64,000 bases of DNA, taken from the NCBI GenBank assembly GCA_028281845.1, contig JANQJD010000013.1:11615-75614 (forward strand), read 5' to 3'. The translations under genes and the position numbers were made by a program. Shown here piece after piece: positions 40,851-50,569 of this stretch. Origin of the DNA: Rhodospirillales bacterium (GTDB taxonomy: Bacteria > Pseudomonadota > Alphaproteobacteria > Rhodospirillales > Rhodospirillaceae). The stretch's first letter is position 1; the number at the start of each line of letters is the position of its first letter. The notes beneath the pieces were generated by a model that did no database searches, had not been told where the DNA came from, and was given only the letters and a program-made list of their open reading frames with translations.

Positions 40851-41645
40851 CTACAGTGCCCCACCGCTATGCTGGCGGAAGACGGGCGGCCGCTTTTCTA
40901 GGAAGGCCTGCACCCCTTCTCTGGATTCTGCTGTCTTGTAATACAAGGCTACCGCTTGTAAACCAAGCGCACCAATACCGCGAATATGCTCAGATTCAGC
41001 GTTGAATGAGCGTTTAGCGATGGCAAGAGCGGTGGGGCTTTTGTCGAGAATTTCAGTACACCAGCAATTCACCTCAGAATCGAGTCGATCGTGTGGCACA
41101 ACCGTATTGCATAATCCCATGGAGAGGGCCTCCATGGCCGTATAACGCCGGCAAAGATACCATAGTTCACGAGCTTTCTTCTCCCCTACAACCCGAGTCA
41201 AGAATGCAGTTCCCCACCCTGGGTCAACAGAGCCGACTCGGGGTCCCACTTGACCAAACACCGCTCGCTCGGAAGCAATAGTCAGATCACACAAGAGGGC
41301 CAGAATATTACCGCCACCAATAGCGTAGCCCTGAACACGGGCAATCACTGGCTTGGGAACATCACGGATGACGCTATGTAGCTCTTCAAGTGGGATACCA
41401 ATGGTCCCACGACCATCGTAGTGCCCCTCATGAGCAGACTGATCACCACCGCTGCAGAACGCCTTATCCCCAGCGCCTGTCAGAACGATTACACCAATAC
41501 TATGATCACGGCCAGCTTTCACAAAAGCCTGAATCAATTCTTCCGTGGTTTGACCGCGGAACGCATTATATTTCTCCGGCCTGTTGATGGTAATGTGCGC
41601 GACGTTTTTCGCTTCTTTATAAAGAATGTCTTCATAGTCCTTCAT
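40851..41645 (-). CDS. crotonase-fold enzyme of the MenB/BadI clade (1,4-dihydroxy-2-naphthoyl-CoA synthase-like)
   Basis: 264 aa. AFCSGGDQ, GYAIGGGN.L...CDLTIA, FGQVGPRVGS.D.G, KKARELWYLCR are MenB/BadI-type blocks. Confidence 0.75.
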   Translation of the reverse strand: MKDYEDILYKEAKNVAHITINRPEKYNAFRGQTTEELIQAFVKAGRDHSIGVIVLTGAGDKAFCSGGDQSAHEGHYDGRGTIGIPLEELHSVIRDVPKPVIARVQGYAIGGGNILALLCDLTIASERAVFGQVGPRVGSVDPGWGTAFLTRVVGEKKARELWYLCRRYTAMEALSMGLCNTVVPHDRLDSEVNCWCTEILDKSPTALAIAKRSFNAESEHIRGIGALGLQAVALYYKTAESREGVQAFLEKRPPVFRQHSGGAL

Positions 41646-41820
41646 CGTCGGCGTTCTCTCCTCATCCTGGCAACACAGCAGTCACAGGAGCGGACCTCTC
41701 TATAAAAGAGGCGTTATTTCTGCTCTGCTTGTGCCGCTCGATTCTCCCTACAGGCTCAGGCTACAAGAGTAGCGTTTCCAAAAAACATGGGCCGTCCTCG
41801 GCGTGTCTGTTGGGTACAAA

Positions 41821-41842
41821 TTTAATACCAGTTTAATACCAG
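41821..41842. repeat. perfect tandem duplication, 2 x 11 bp (tttaataccag)
   Basis: Read directly. Immediately 5' of the hairpin at 41843-41867. Confidence 0.9.
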
Positions 41843-41867
41843 AAAACAGGGACCCTTTCCCTGTTTT
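41843..41867. terminator. candidate bidirectional intrinsic terminator hairpin
   Basis: AAAACAGGGA-ccctt-TCCCTGTTTT: perfect 10-bp stem and 5-nt loop, with A-run and T-run arms so it reads the same on both strands. It lies between two same-strand (minus) transcription units, downstream of the GT2-TVP38 pair and upstream of the MenB-like gene. Confidence 0.4.
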
Positions 41868-42213
41868 ACAGAGCCTGGCCCTTGCCATTATTCCTGCTGA
41901 GCGGGGAGTCTCTTAAATTTTGAATCAGAGAATCCTCTACAATTTCACGTATTCTCCCTCACTAGGGCAATAGAGAAAGAGAACATCAAGCAAACTGGAT
42001 GAGACTGAACGTGTTAGCCAGGCCGCTGCTTTTTTCTAGAACGGATTATTCTAGAACAGACATGGTCATTTTTTGTCGCAGCTGATTGTATTGCACATAC
42101 CGTGTGATCAGTAGGCTGGTTAAGAAAAAATACATACAGCCATTTGCCAGCTACTCCCTGTTCCTCAACTCTTTCATCTTTCAGGATAGAGTAGAGTAGG
42201 CGGAACGACTATA

Positions 42214-42858
42214 TCACCAATGAAAAAGTGACTTGCCATGGTGACGTAGAATCCAAACCCCGATGAGAGAAGAGAAGGCGAATAACACGACACTGAGGCT
42301 GAGGTGAGACACAGTGTCGATTTGAAAACCGCTGCCAAGCAAGGCGAAGATAACAGTTTGTGGCACATATCCTACAGTTGAACCGGCTACGAAAGCCGTC
42401 ATCCGGACCCCGGAGATACCAGCTGCTATGTTGGTTAACAGGTTATGCCCAATGGGCAACAGCCTAATGAGTAAAGCCATAGAGAATGGATGACTCTGCA
42501 GCAAAGCCTCTGGGAGCCTCTCAGCGAAGAGAGCTAAGACCACTGACCTTCCTCCTAACAGGCGGGCGTAAGCAAAGCTACTAATGCACCCTCCAACAGA
42601 GGCCACCAGCGCAAGTAAGCTACCCTTAGCAGGGCCGAAAGCATAGCCTCCTAGAAAACAGATTGTCTGGCGTGGGATTCCAAAGGCAGTACAGAAAGCC
42701 CCTCCGACAACGAATAGTGTTTCTCCCGAAAGGCCTGTCTCTCTGGCAGTTATCTTAGCCAAGACGGGAGTTAACTCATAGAAAAAAGAAAAGAATCCAG
42801 CTAAAAATGCTATTAGCATAAGGTACCGCAAGAGGAAATTCAAACGTGCAACTCTCAT
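42214..42858 (-). CDS. TVP38/TMEM64 (DedA-superfamily, VTT domain) membrane protein
   Basis: Polytopic protein with a GIPRQTICFLGGYAFG-type VTT core. ATG 42858 overlaps the stop of the upstream GT2 gene (ATGA). Confidence 0.7.
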   Translation of the reverse strand: MRVARLNFLLRYLMLIAFLAGFFSFFYELTPVLAKITARETGLSGETLFVVGGAFCTAFGIPRQTICFLGGYAFGPAKGSLLALVASVGGCISSFAYARLLGGRSVVLALFAERLPEALLQSHPFSMALLIRLLPIGHNLLTNIAAGISGVRMTAFVAGSTVGYVPQTVIFALLGSGFQIDTVSHLSLSVVLFAFSSLIGVWILRHHGKSLFHW

Positions 42859-43658
42859 CCCTGGCAGATTCCTGAGGGGTTCTCTGGGACAGGAAGGAGC
42901 TCTGGCCGGCAGTTGCGCCGCTGTAACCACATCATGCCTATCATATCGAACACTCCCACCCAAAGACGATTCAAAATTCCATAGTGGGAATCCCCCCTGA
43001 GACGGGGCCGATGACGGACTTTGATGGAAACCACATTGCCGCCAGCCCTGATCATGAGAGCGGGCAGATAGCGGTGCATGTGGTCAAAATACGGGAACTC
43101 GAGAAAAACAGCCCGTGGGAAGAGCTTAAGACCACACCCAGTGTCAGGGGTCCCGTCCTTTAGCAAGGTGGATCGTAAAAAGTTTGCCAGACGCGAAGTG
43201 ATGCGCTTGCTCCATCTATCATGTCGCGTTGCTCGCCAACCAACAATCATGTGCCGCGCTGCTATGTCTGGGTCCATGGTCTGCAATGGGACGAACAGGG
43301 CTAAAAGATCCGCAGGGTCATTCTGACCATCCCCATCTAGAACGGCAACCCACTGCGCCCGGGCGGCGCGTACTCCCGTGAGAATTGCCTGACTCTGACC
43401 GCAACTCGTTTTGTGCCGGAGCACAGTCAGGTAAGGGTGACGACTCTGCGCGTGAGCCAGATGAATATGTGTAGTATCTCGCGAACCATCATCCACGTAA
43501 ATCAATTCAAAGGTAACCTGTCCTTTCAAGGTGTGGTCAATCTCCTTGATTAAGGGTAAGATGTTGTCCGCTTCGTTGTAGACAGGAACGACAACAGACA
43601 GGTCAGGTATCGGTAATGCTTTGTCATTTATCGGTAGAAAAGGCAAATGGAGAGTCAT
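42855..43658 (-). CDS. glycosyltransferase family 2 (polyprenol-phosphate glycosyltransferase, DPM1/ArnC-like)
   Basis: LSVVVPVYNEADNI, YVDDGSRDTT, and DGDGQNDP (DxD) are typical of GT2 Dpm1/ArnC-like enzymes. 267 aa. Confidence 0.85.
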   Translation of the reverse strand: MTLHLPFLPINDKALPIPDLSVVVPVYNEADNILPLIKEIDHTLKGQVTFELIYVDDGSRDTTHIHLAHAQSRHPYLTVLRHKTSCGQSQAILTGVRAARAQWVAVLDGDGQNDPADLLALFVPLQTMDPDIAARHMIVGWRATRHDRWSKRITSRLANFLRSTLLKDGTPDTGCGLKLFPRAVFLEFPYFDHMHRYLPALMIRAGGNVVSIKVRHRPRLRGDSHYGILNRLWVGVFDMIGMMWLQRRNCRPELLPVPENPSGICQG

Positions 43659-43955
43659 GGCAGTCAGAATGTCCAGACTATCTTTTTGCAGATGACGTTT
43701 GCTGAATCATCGGCGCTTTTGCCCTAGATCGGCCGATCGGCCTGTGCACACGGCTTCTGAAAAGTCCTTTATGGGTGTGTGCCTTTCAAGCCCAGCAGCT
43801 GAAAGAACACGGGCAGATTGCCCGAGAACTGCTTTGTTTGTCTATTCCCTTTTGACGTCCCCATTTATCATGACGGAATCAGGGCACACAATGCTTGAAA
43901 ATCTCTGAAGAGTCGGAACGATGCAGGATGCGATAGGACCCATAGGAGAAAATGA

Positions 43956-44645
43956 ATGAGTCATAAATTTAGGTTTGCAGTTGTCTTATCTGGTTGTGGT
44001 GTTTTTGACGGTTCAGAAATTCATGAAGCAACGCTTGTACTATTAGCTATCGATCGATTAGAATGCACTTATCAGTGTTTTGCGCCAGATATGCCGCAAT
44101 TTCATGTTATTAACCATCTGACCGGCCAGGAGATGTCTGAAAGACGTAATGTCTTAGTTGAATCAGCGCGCATAGCCCGTGGTCATATCAAGGACTTACG
44201 GGCGTACGCTGTGGCGGATTACGACGGCCTTATTTTTCCGGGTGGATTCGGTGCAGCAAAGAATCTATCCACGGTAGCTTTTGACGGTGAGACCTGCAAG
44301 ATTAATGTTGAGGTTGAGCGTGTCATAAAACATACAATTTTAGCAAGAAAACCCATTGGGGCTCTGTGCATCTCACCCACGCTCATAGCCAAGGTGCTAG
44401 GAACTGTGGATGTAACCATAGGGCAGGATCAGAGATTCAGCGTTCTTGTCGAGAAGATGGGTGCGCATCACAGAAAGACCAACCATGGTGAGGTGTGTAC
44501 AGATTACGAGGCGAAGGTGGTCACGAGCCCGTGTTATATGCTAGAATCAACAATCTCCCAGATTGCAAATGGTGCTGAGAATGTCGTTAAGACAATGATA
44601 GAACTGAGCAGCACTGAAGGTGAAGGAACACATGAGAGGACATAG
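43956..44645 (+). CDS. elbB: isoprenoid biosynthesis glyoxalase ElbB (DJ-1/PfpI family)
   Basis: FAVVLSGCGVFDGSEIHEA N-terminus and the nucleophile-elbow Cys context (GALCISP). 229 aa. Confidence 0.8.
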   Translation: MSHKFRFAVVLSGCGVFDGSEIHEATLVLLAIDRLECTYQCFAPDMPQFHVINHLTGQEMSERRNVLVESARIARGHIKDLRAYAVADYDGLIFPGGFGAAKNLSTVAFDGETCKINVEVERVIKHTILARKPIGALCISPTLIAKVLGTVDVTIGQDQRFSVLVEKMGAHHRKTNHGEVCTDYEAKVVTSPCYMLESTISQIANGAENVVKTMIELSSTEGEGTHERT

Positions 44646-44678
44646 CACTTGAGACGATTGAGTCGCTTACGCTAAACG

Positions 44679-45230
44679 CTATTCGCGCACCATGTAGCTT
44701 GCTTGACTTTTGGGAGTTTCCCATACAGCAACAGAAAAAAGCGTCGAGAGGCCGGCACTCCGCCGACTCACGGCGGGCGCCAGTCTCTCAAACCAGTGGC
44801 GAGCTAGTCTCTCAGCTGTTGGTTGGAATGGGACAATGTATAGACGAGTTCCAAGTCTGCCAGTACTTGTTGCACAGAACCCCCCCGCCTGTATGGCCGC
44901 GATCAACGTCTGTCGCCAAAGAGACGCGGCCAATCGGTCTGTCGGTGCTAACATGGAGAGTAATTCTGTATCGGCTAAGGCCACGATGAAGCTGTGATCA
45001 CAGGGCGCATGGATAGCATGCAGCATTTCCTCCTGCAGAAAACCAAAGTCTAGTACCATATCAGTCTGTTCACCGTCTTGGTGTAGGTGATCGCCAATCG
45101 TCGTCGTACAGGTTGCTTCAATCGTGTATCTGTGACCGTGTAAATGGCGACACTTTGATCCATGTGTCATGACACGGTGACCCGCGTCGATTTCGAGGTG
45201 ACGAGTAATGGTGTGAGCACCCATGGCCAC
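44679..45230 (-). CDS. queD: 6-carboxytetrahydropterin synthase (PTPS fold), long form
   Basis: Zn/catalytic motif CRHLHGHRY and a C-terminal WETP-type strand. Lies directly downstream of queE (2-nt gap). 183 aa. Confidence 0.75.
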   Translation of the reverse strand: MAMGAHTITRHLEIDAGHRVMTHGSKCRHLHGHRYTIEATCTTTIGDHLHQDGEQTDMVLDFGFLQEEMLHAIHAPCDHSFIVALADTELLSMLAPTDRLAASLWRQTLIAAIQAGGFCATSTGRLGTRLYIVPFQPTAERLARHWFERLAPAVSRRSAGLSTLFSVAVWETPKSQASYMVRE

Positions 45231-45232
45231 AG

Positions 45233-45871
45233 CTATGGTACTCCCAGAAACTTATGAGTCTGCAGAGACAAACGCCATTGTGGGTGCTGGAGACAATAGC
45301 GCACCGCGGCTTTGGCATTGTTTTTCTGATCCGGCCCGTCTCTGGGCTGCAAAAAAAAATGGCGGAACTTGAGTCCCGTGAACCAGTCTGGGTCTATATC
45401 CTCCTGGGGAAAGATGAGTTTTAGTTCATCCCCAGCGGTCAAAACAAGGCGCGTGCCAGCCTTGGGACTCACACAGATCCAGTCGAGACCGACGGGCGCC
45501 GGGTGGGTGCCATTTGTTTCTACCGCCACGCTGAGACCGCGAGCATGCAACGCCATGACTAGTGCCACATCTAGCTGCAAGAGAGGCTCCCCACCTGTAC
45601 AGACGACGTAGGGCATACCACTTTTTTGATCCCATGGCCAGCGCATGGCAATAGCCATTGCTAGAATATCAGCGCTTGGATAACAGCAGCCACCAACGCC
45701 ATCGACTCCAACAAAATCTGTATCGCAAAATTTACATACTGCAGTTGCCCTATCCTGTTCACGTCCGCTCCAAAGATTACATCCAGCAAAGCGACAGAAG
45801 ACAGCGGCGCGACCAGCACGGGCACCCTCCCCTTGGAGGGTATAAACGATTTCCTTGACTCTATATGTCAT
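45233..45871 (-). CDS. queE: 7-carboxy-7-deazaguanine synthase (radical SAM)
   Basis: YTLQGEG start. Cluster motif CNLWSGREQDRATAVCKFC is the CX14CX2C variant known for some QueE enzymes. Start ATG 45871 with a GAGG RBS. Confidence 0.82.
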   Translation of the reverse strand: MTYRVKEIVYTLQGEGARAGRAAVFCRFAGCNLWSGREQDRATAVCKFCDTDFVGVDGVGGCCYPSADILAMAIAMRWPWDQKSGMPYVVCTGGEPLLQLDVALVMALHARGLSVAVETNGTHPAPVGLDWICVSPKAGTRLVLTAGDELKLIFPQEDIDPDWFTGLKFRHFFLQPRDGPDQKNNAKAAVRYCLQHPQWRLSLQTHKFLGVP

Positions 45872-45976
45872 TCGAGGACCTCTGCAGCCAGTTTCCCCCC
45901 TACGAGGGGGACTATACCTCTCAGGACTGTCGACTGCACCTGCAGAGCATTTCACAATCACAAAAGCGAGATCCCC

Positions 45977-45996
45977 CCTTTTCACTCCTTTTCACT
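45977..45996. repeat. perfect tandem duplication, 2 x 10 bp (ccttttcact)
   Basis: Read directly. Between the queE start and the enoyl-CoA hydratase stop, touching the stop codon. Confidence 0.9.
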
Positions 45997-46774
45997 AACT
46001 GTGTGTCCAGTAGGGGCTACGTTTTCTAGTGAATGCGTCCATGCCCTCTTTTTGGTCAAGAGTTGCAAAGGAAGCATGGAATAAACGACGCTCAAAGTGG
46101 ATCCCTTCTGATAGATTCACTTCAAATGAGCGATTAATACATTCTTTTATCATCATAGCAATTGGTAATGAACGTTCCGCAATCTTCTCAGCCGCTTCTA
46201 CCGATTCTTCTAACAAAGATGAGACAGGGACGACACGGCTAACGAGGCCTGCACGCATAGCTTCTTCTGCAGTGATCTGACGACCAGTCAAACAGAGGTC
46301 CATAGCCAGCGCCTTACCAACCGCCCGGGCTAGTCTTTGCGTGCCACCAGCGCCAGGGAGAGTCCCGACAGTGATTTCTGGCTGGCCAAAAAGAGCATTA
46401 TCGGCTGCAATGATGAAATCGCACATCATAGCGATCTCACAACCCCCACCAAGAGCATACCCCGCTACAGCGGCGAGAATCGGCTTGCGGCATTGTGCTG
46501 TGCGCTCCCATCCCTTTGTGATGAAATCTTCAAGGTAGCAATCTATGTAACGTTTCTGGGCCATTTCCTTGATATCGGCACCTGCTGCAAATGCTCGTGT
46601 CCCTCCCGTGAGGACCAGCGCACCAACATCATGGTCACTTTCGAAAGTCTCTATCGCCTCAGCGAGCTCACGAATCAGGACTCCGTTAAGCGCATTCAAC
46701 GCTTTTGGCCTGTTGAGCGTGATGAGACCCACTCGGCCTCGTTTTTCTGTCAGAAGAGTCTCGTAGGACATCAA
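45995..46774 (-). CDS. enoyl-CoA hydratase (short-chain, crotonase)
   Basis: 259 aa. FAAGADIKEM, GYALGGGCEIAMMCD, and QPEI.VG..PGAGGTQRL are canonical crotonase blocks. Confidence 0.88.
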   Translation of the reverse strand: MMSYETLLTEKRGRVGLITLNRPKALNALNGVLIRELAEAIETFESDHDVGALVLTGGTRAFAAGADIKEMAQKRYIDCYLEDFITKGWERTAQCRKPILAAVAGYALGGGCEIAMMCDFIIAADNALFGQPEITVGTLPGAGGTQRLARAVGKALAMDLCLTGRQITAEEAMRAGLVSRVVPVSSLLEESVEAAEKIAERSLPIAMMIKECINRSFEVNLSEGIHFERRLFHASFATLDQKEGMDAFTRKRSPYWTHS

Positions 46775-46907
46775 GACCGCCCTCCTTGTTAGGTTTCAGG
46801 AGACTAATCTTTTCCCCGATGCAAGTCCAAGTCTACCGGCACTTTTTTTCCTATTTGGGTTTCCTCACACTCTTATATTTATCGACGGCTATTGCCATGC
46901 GCTTCAA

Positions 46908-47696
46908 TCAAAAAAGATCCTTACGGCGACGAATCATGGCAAAGACTTGGACTGGGTCGCTGTTTACTAATCCCACTGCACTCTGCAGAATGGGCGAATC
47001 CGCCCTCAGAAATGGGTTGATCGCCTTTTCTTCGCCTAGGAGCGTGGGGAGCGTGGATTGCTTGGTGGCCCGCAATTTTTTTACATCTTGCAAACGTCTT
47101 TGCAAGGCACGATTCTCCTTTTCAAGGGAGCAAGCAAAATTGACATTTGCAAGAGTGTATTCATGGGCACAGTAGACGCGTGTTGAGTCTGGCAAACAGC
47201 GCAGACGCTGCAGGCTGTGCCACATCTGCGCTGGCGTGCCCTCGAAGAGACGACCACAGCCAACAGAGAACAACGTATCTCCAGGAAATAACGCAGAATC
47301 AGAAGGGAACCAGAAGGCAATATGACCACTGGTATGACCAGGGACGGCTAGCACAGTCGCTTTATGAGAGCCGAATTCTATGGTATCGCCGTCCTTCAGC
47401 CCTATGTCCAAAGCTGGCAACCGCCCCGCATCAGCAGACGCACCAATAACAACGGCACCTGTGGCATGTTTAATCCCCTTGTTCCCACCCGTGTGATCCC
47501 AATGGTGATGGGTATTGAACACGTGGGTCAGTGTCCAGCCGCGGGCCGCAGCTCTTTGTAAAACAGGTTCCGCTACTGACGGATCTATAGCGCAAGTTGC
47601 ATTAGTAATATGATCGTGCAAAAGATACACATAATTATCATTTAATATAGATATCTGATCTATTTCTAATAGAAATCTATTTAATGATGCATCCAT
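46908..47696 (-). CDS. gloB: hydroxyacylglutathione hydrolase (glyoxalase II)
   Basis: Metallo-beta-lactamase motif THHHWDHTGG, GHTSGH, and C-terminal substrate-binding helix region. 262 aa. Confidence 0.9.
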   Translation of the reverse strand: MDASLNRFLLEIDQISILNDNYVYLLHDHITNATCAIDPSVAEPVLQRAAARGWTLTHVFNTHHHWDHTGGNKGIKHATGAVVIGASADAGRLPALDIGLKDGDTIEFGSHKATVLAVPGHTSGHIAFWFPSDSALFPGDTLFSVGCGRLFEGTPAQMWHSLQRLRCLPDSTRVYCAHEYTLANVNFACSLEKENRALQRRLQDVKKLRATKQSTLPTLLGEEKAINPFLRADSPILQSAVGLVNSDPVQVFAMIRRRKDLF

Positions 47697-47885
47697 AGTA
47701 ATTTACCACCTTAAATATTATAGGTTTAATTTTCAAAAAAATGACACTCTTAATCCTGATTGTGGTTCACGCACTGGAAGAAAAGTAACAAAAAGGCCTT
47801 GCCGCGTTGTTCTTCCCGCTGCTATCATGGATGAGCCTTGCCTTTGCCATTCTCTAAGCGGAGGATTCGAGGCGCAGGTGATGAT

Positions 47886-47962
47886 GCGCCTGTAGCTCAA
47901 TTGGATAGAGCATCTGACTACGGATCAGAAGGTTGGGGGTTCGAGTCCTCCCAGGTGCGCCA
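47886..47962 (+). tRNA. tRNA-Arg (ACG), CCA encoded
   Basis: Hand-folded: acceptor GCGCCTG/CAGGTGC, anticodon stem TCTGA/TCAGA, loop CTACGGA, T-arm GGGGG-TTCGAGT-CCTCC. Confidence 0.93.
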
Positions 47963-48207
47963 GTCAGGCATGATTTCCTGCTCTCTGAATTGAATCCAAT
48001 GTCTCCCCTCTTCTTGCTTTTTTGAAGCTCATGCATGGCTGCCTGTGTCAGCCACTGCGGATTTCTAGATTGCATAGATGGGGTCGGTGGGTGGGGTTCT
48101 AACGAAAAATTCCGGTATTCAGAACAGATCTAAGAATAGTCAAGGAAAATATCTTGCTTTTTTGTGTCTTTTATACAGCGCAACTGCTCGCATTGCGCTG
48201 TCACCGG

Positions 48208-48280
48208 TGCCGGCTGCAGGACTCGAACCCGCGACCGCCTGATTACAAATCAGATGCTCTACCCACTGAGCTAAACCGGC
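48208..48280 (-). tRNA. tRNA-Thr (TGT), 3' CCA not encoded (genomic ACCG)
   Basis: The reverse complement folds: acceptor GCCGGTT/AGCCGGC, anticodon loop TTTGTAA, T-arm GCGGG-TTCGAGT-CCTGC, discriminator A. Confidence 0.9.
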
Positions 48281-48368
48281 AGGTCATAATTTTTGACATA
48301 CAGGCTTATGACTTAGCAAGACCTGATGGACAGGAAGTAAGATTCTTTGATGAACTTATGTTCTGTGC

Positions 48369-48392
48369 GTTGATCATCTTGTTGATCATCTT
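48369..48392. repeat. perfect tandem duplication, 2 x 12 bp (gttgatcatctt)
   Basis: Read directly. Upstream of tRNA-Thr. Confidence 0.9.
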
Positions 48393-48603
48393 ATAGGCAG
48401 ACAGACTATTTTTTCTCATACCGTATCGGTCTGCTTTCTTCGAAAGAACGTGGGAAGAAGGATAGGTTGCCTGTCAACTGAGTTGCATAACTGTCTTACT
48501 AAGACCTCTCTATTTGAGAAGAGAGTTTGTATGTTCTCTTCCAGTACTATATAGTCATGATGATCCGCACTTCTTGTCATACTTACGATAAGGGAGCTCC
48601 CCC

Positions 48604-50409
48604 GTGATCTCTTCTGTTCCCTCTCTCGACCATTACGACAAATGGCCCAATTTAGTTACAATGTTCTTTGAGCAGGCCGAGCGGGTAGGTCAGCGTCCGT
48701 TACTGTGGGCCAAGCGCGACGGCCTTTTTCGTTCTATCACCGGCCGGCAGGCAGCCAGGGAAGCCATCGCTCTTGCGAGGGGGCTGCACCGGCTGGGGGT
48801 ACGTAAAGAGGACAGAGTTATGCTCGTGTCAGAAAACCGCCCTGAATGGCTTCTCTCCGACGTGGCTATCATGGCTGCTGGTGGCATTACAGTCCCAGCT
48901 TATACCACTAATACAGTGGCAGATCATCGGCACATTCTCAACGATGCTGCTCCTGTTGTCGCCATTGTCTCTACTCGCAACTTGGCAGCCAACCTGCTCC
49001 CTGCGGTCGCGGAGGCACGTGACCCACCGCGAGTGATCTTCATAGAAACAGATTGTTTTCCTGCGCACGACGTAGAAAGTGTCTCATGGTCAGAGGTTGT
49101 CACAGAAGGATATGGTTATTCAGATTCTATTACTACTATTAAAAGTGATGATACTGCCTGCATCATTTACACCTCTGGTACTGATGGTGCGCCTAAGGGG
49201 GTGATGCTCTCTCATCGCGCTATTTTATTTAATTGTATGGGCGCGTTTGATATACTTAACCACTTAAAATTGAAAAATGAGGTATTCCTGTCCTTCCTAC
49301 CACTGTCCCATGCCTATGAACACACTGCTGGTCAGTTTTTTCCTGTCTCTATAGGCGCTCAGATTTATTATGCAGAAGGCATTGAACATCTAGCTTCTAA
49401 TCTATTAGAAGTACGTCCCACTATTATTATGGCAGTCCCTAGATTGTATGAAATTATGAGATCACGTATTTTGCGTTTTGTTAAGCGGCAGGGTGGCCTA
49501 CGTGTGAGACTCTTCCGGCGTGCCTTAGCTTTAGGATACCAGCGCTATGAGAAGGCGAGTGGTCTCTCGCACGAAGGACTCTCCCCTGTACAATACATTG
49601 CTGATAGACTTTTAGATCTTCTTGTCCGACACCGAGTGGCCGCCTTTTTCGGCGGGCGTCTGAAAGCCCTGATATCAGGGGGAGCACCGCTTAATCCTGA
49701 TGTAGGACTGTTCTTTACAGCTTTGGGAGTACGTCTTCTACAGGGCTATGGCCAGACAGAGGCGGCTCCAGTTATCAGTTGTAATAGGCCGGATGACATA
49801 CGCCTGGACACTGTTGGCTCCCCTCTTCGTAACGTAGTTGTTCGTATAGCTGAGGATGGGGAAATTTTGGTGCGAGGTTCGCTTGTCATGCAAGGCTACT
49901 GGAAGCAACCTGAAGCAACCAGCACGACAATTGATGCTGAGGGTTGGCTGCATACCGGTGATGTTGGTGAATTCGACGATGCTGGTCGTCTTCGCATTAC
50001 AGACCGCAAAAAAGACATCATCGTCAGCTCTGGAGGTGACAATATATCACCACAAAAAGTAGAAAGTATTTTGACAATAGAACCAGAAATAGATCAAGCC
50101 ATTGTGTATGGAGATCACCGACCGCATCTCGTGGCATTGATCGTACCTGATAGGGATTTTCTCGATTCTTGGAATCGAAATCATAGTAGTTTTGATGATG
50201 TATCAAGAAATCATGCCTTTCGCGATACGATGAGCACTGTTATAGAACGTGCTAACAAGTTTCTCTCTCCTCAAGAAAGAGTCAGAAACTTCGCTATCAT
50301 TAATGAACCATTTTCTGTGGCAAACGGCTTGCTGACTCCGACTCTGAAAGTGCGACGTTACATGGTCCAACGGATTTATGGATTGCATTTGGAAAGACTA
50401 TACAAATAA
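48604..50409 (+). CDS. long-chain-fatty-acid--CoA ligase (AMP-binding family)
   Basis: 601 aa. AMP-binding signature IIYTSGTDGAPKGVMLSH, GYGQTE, TGD..E.D..G...I.DRKKD. GTG start. Confidence 0.85.
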   Translation: MISSVPSLDHYDKWPNLVTMFFEQAERVGQRPLLWAKRDGLFRSITGRQAAREAIALARGLHRLGVRKEDRVMLVSENRPEWLLSDVAIMAAGGITVPAYTTNTVADHRHILNDAAPVVAIVSTRNLAANLLPAVAEARDPPRVIFIETDCFPAHDVESVSWSEVVTEGYGYSDSITTIKSDDTACIIYTSGTDGAPKGVMLSHRAILFNCMGAFDILNHLKLKNEVFLSFLPLSHAYEHTAGQFFPVSIGAQIYYAEGIEHLASNLLEVRPTIIMAVPRLYEIMRSRILRFVKRQGGLRVRLFRRALALGYQRYEKASGLSHEGLSPVQYIADRLLDLLVRHRVAAFFGGRLKALISGGAPLNPDVGLFFTALGVRLLQGYGQTEAAPVISCNRPDDIRLDTVGSPLRNVVVRIAEDGEILVRGSLVMQGYWKQPEATSTTIDAEGWLHTGDVGEFDDAGRLRITDRKKDIIVSSGGDNISPQKVESILTIEPEIDQAIVYGDHRPHLVALIVPDRDFLDSWNRNHSSFDDVSRNHAFRDTMSTVIERANKFLSPQERVRNFAIINEPFSVANGLLTPTLKVRRYMVQRIYGLHLERLYK

Positions 50410-50569
50410 TGATTCTTTGAGAGGAAAGTTTCCAAGCTTCGAGCAAGATGGATTGGGCTGCCTTTCTCGCGCCGATATCCTTTGCGGATGACACCAGACA
50501 GAGTCGCTTTGTGTGCTACGAAAGATTAAATCAGATCTGGAATTTTCCACAAAAGGGGAGAGAGGAGCG

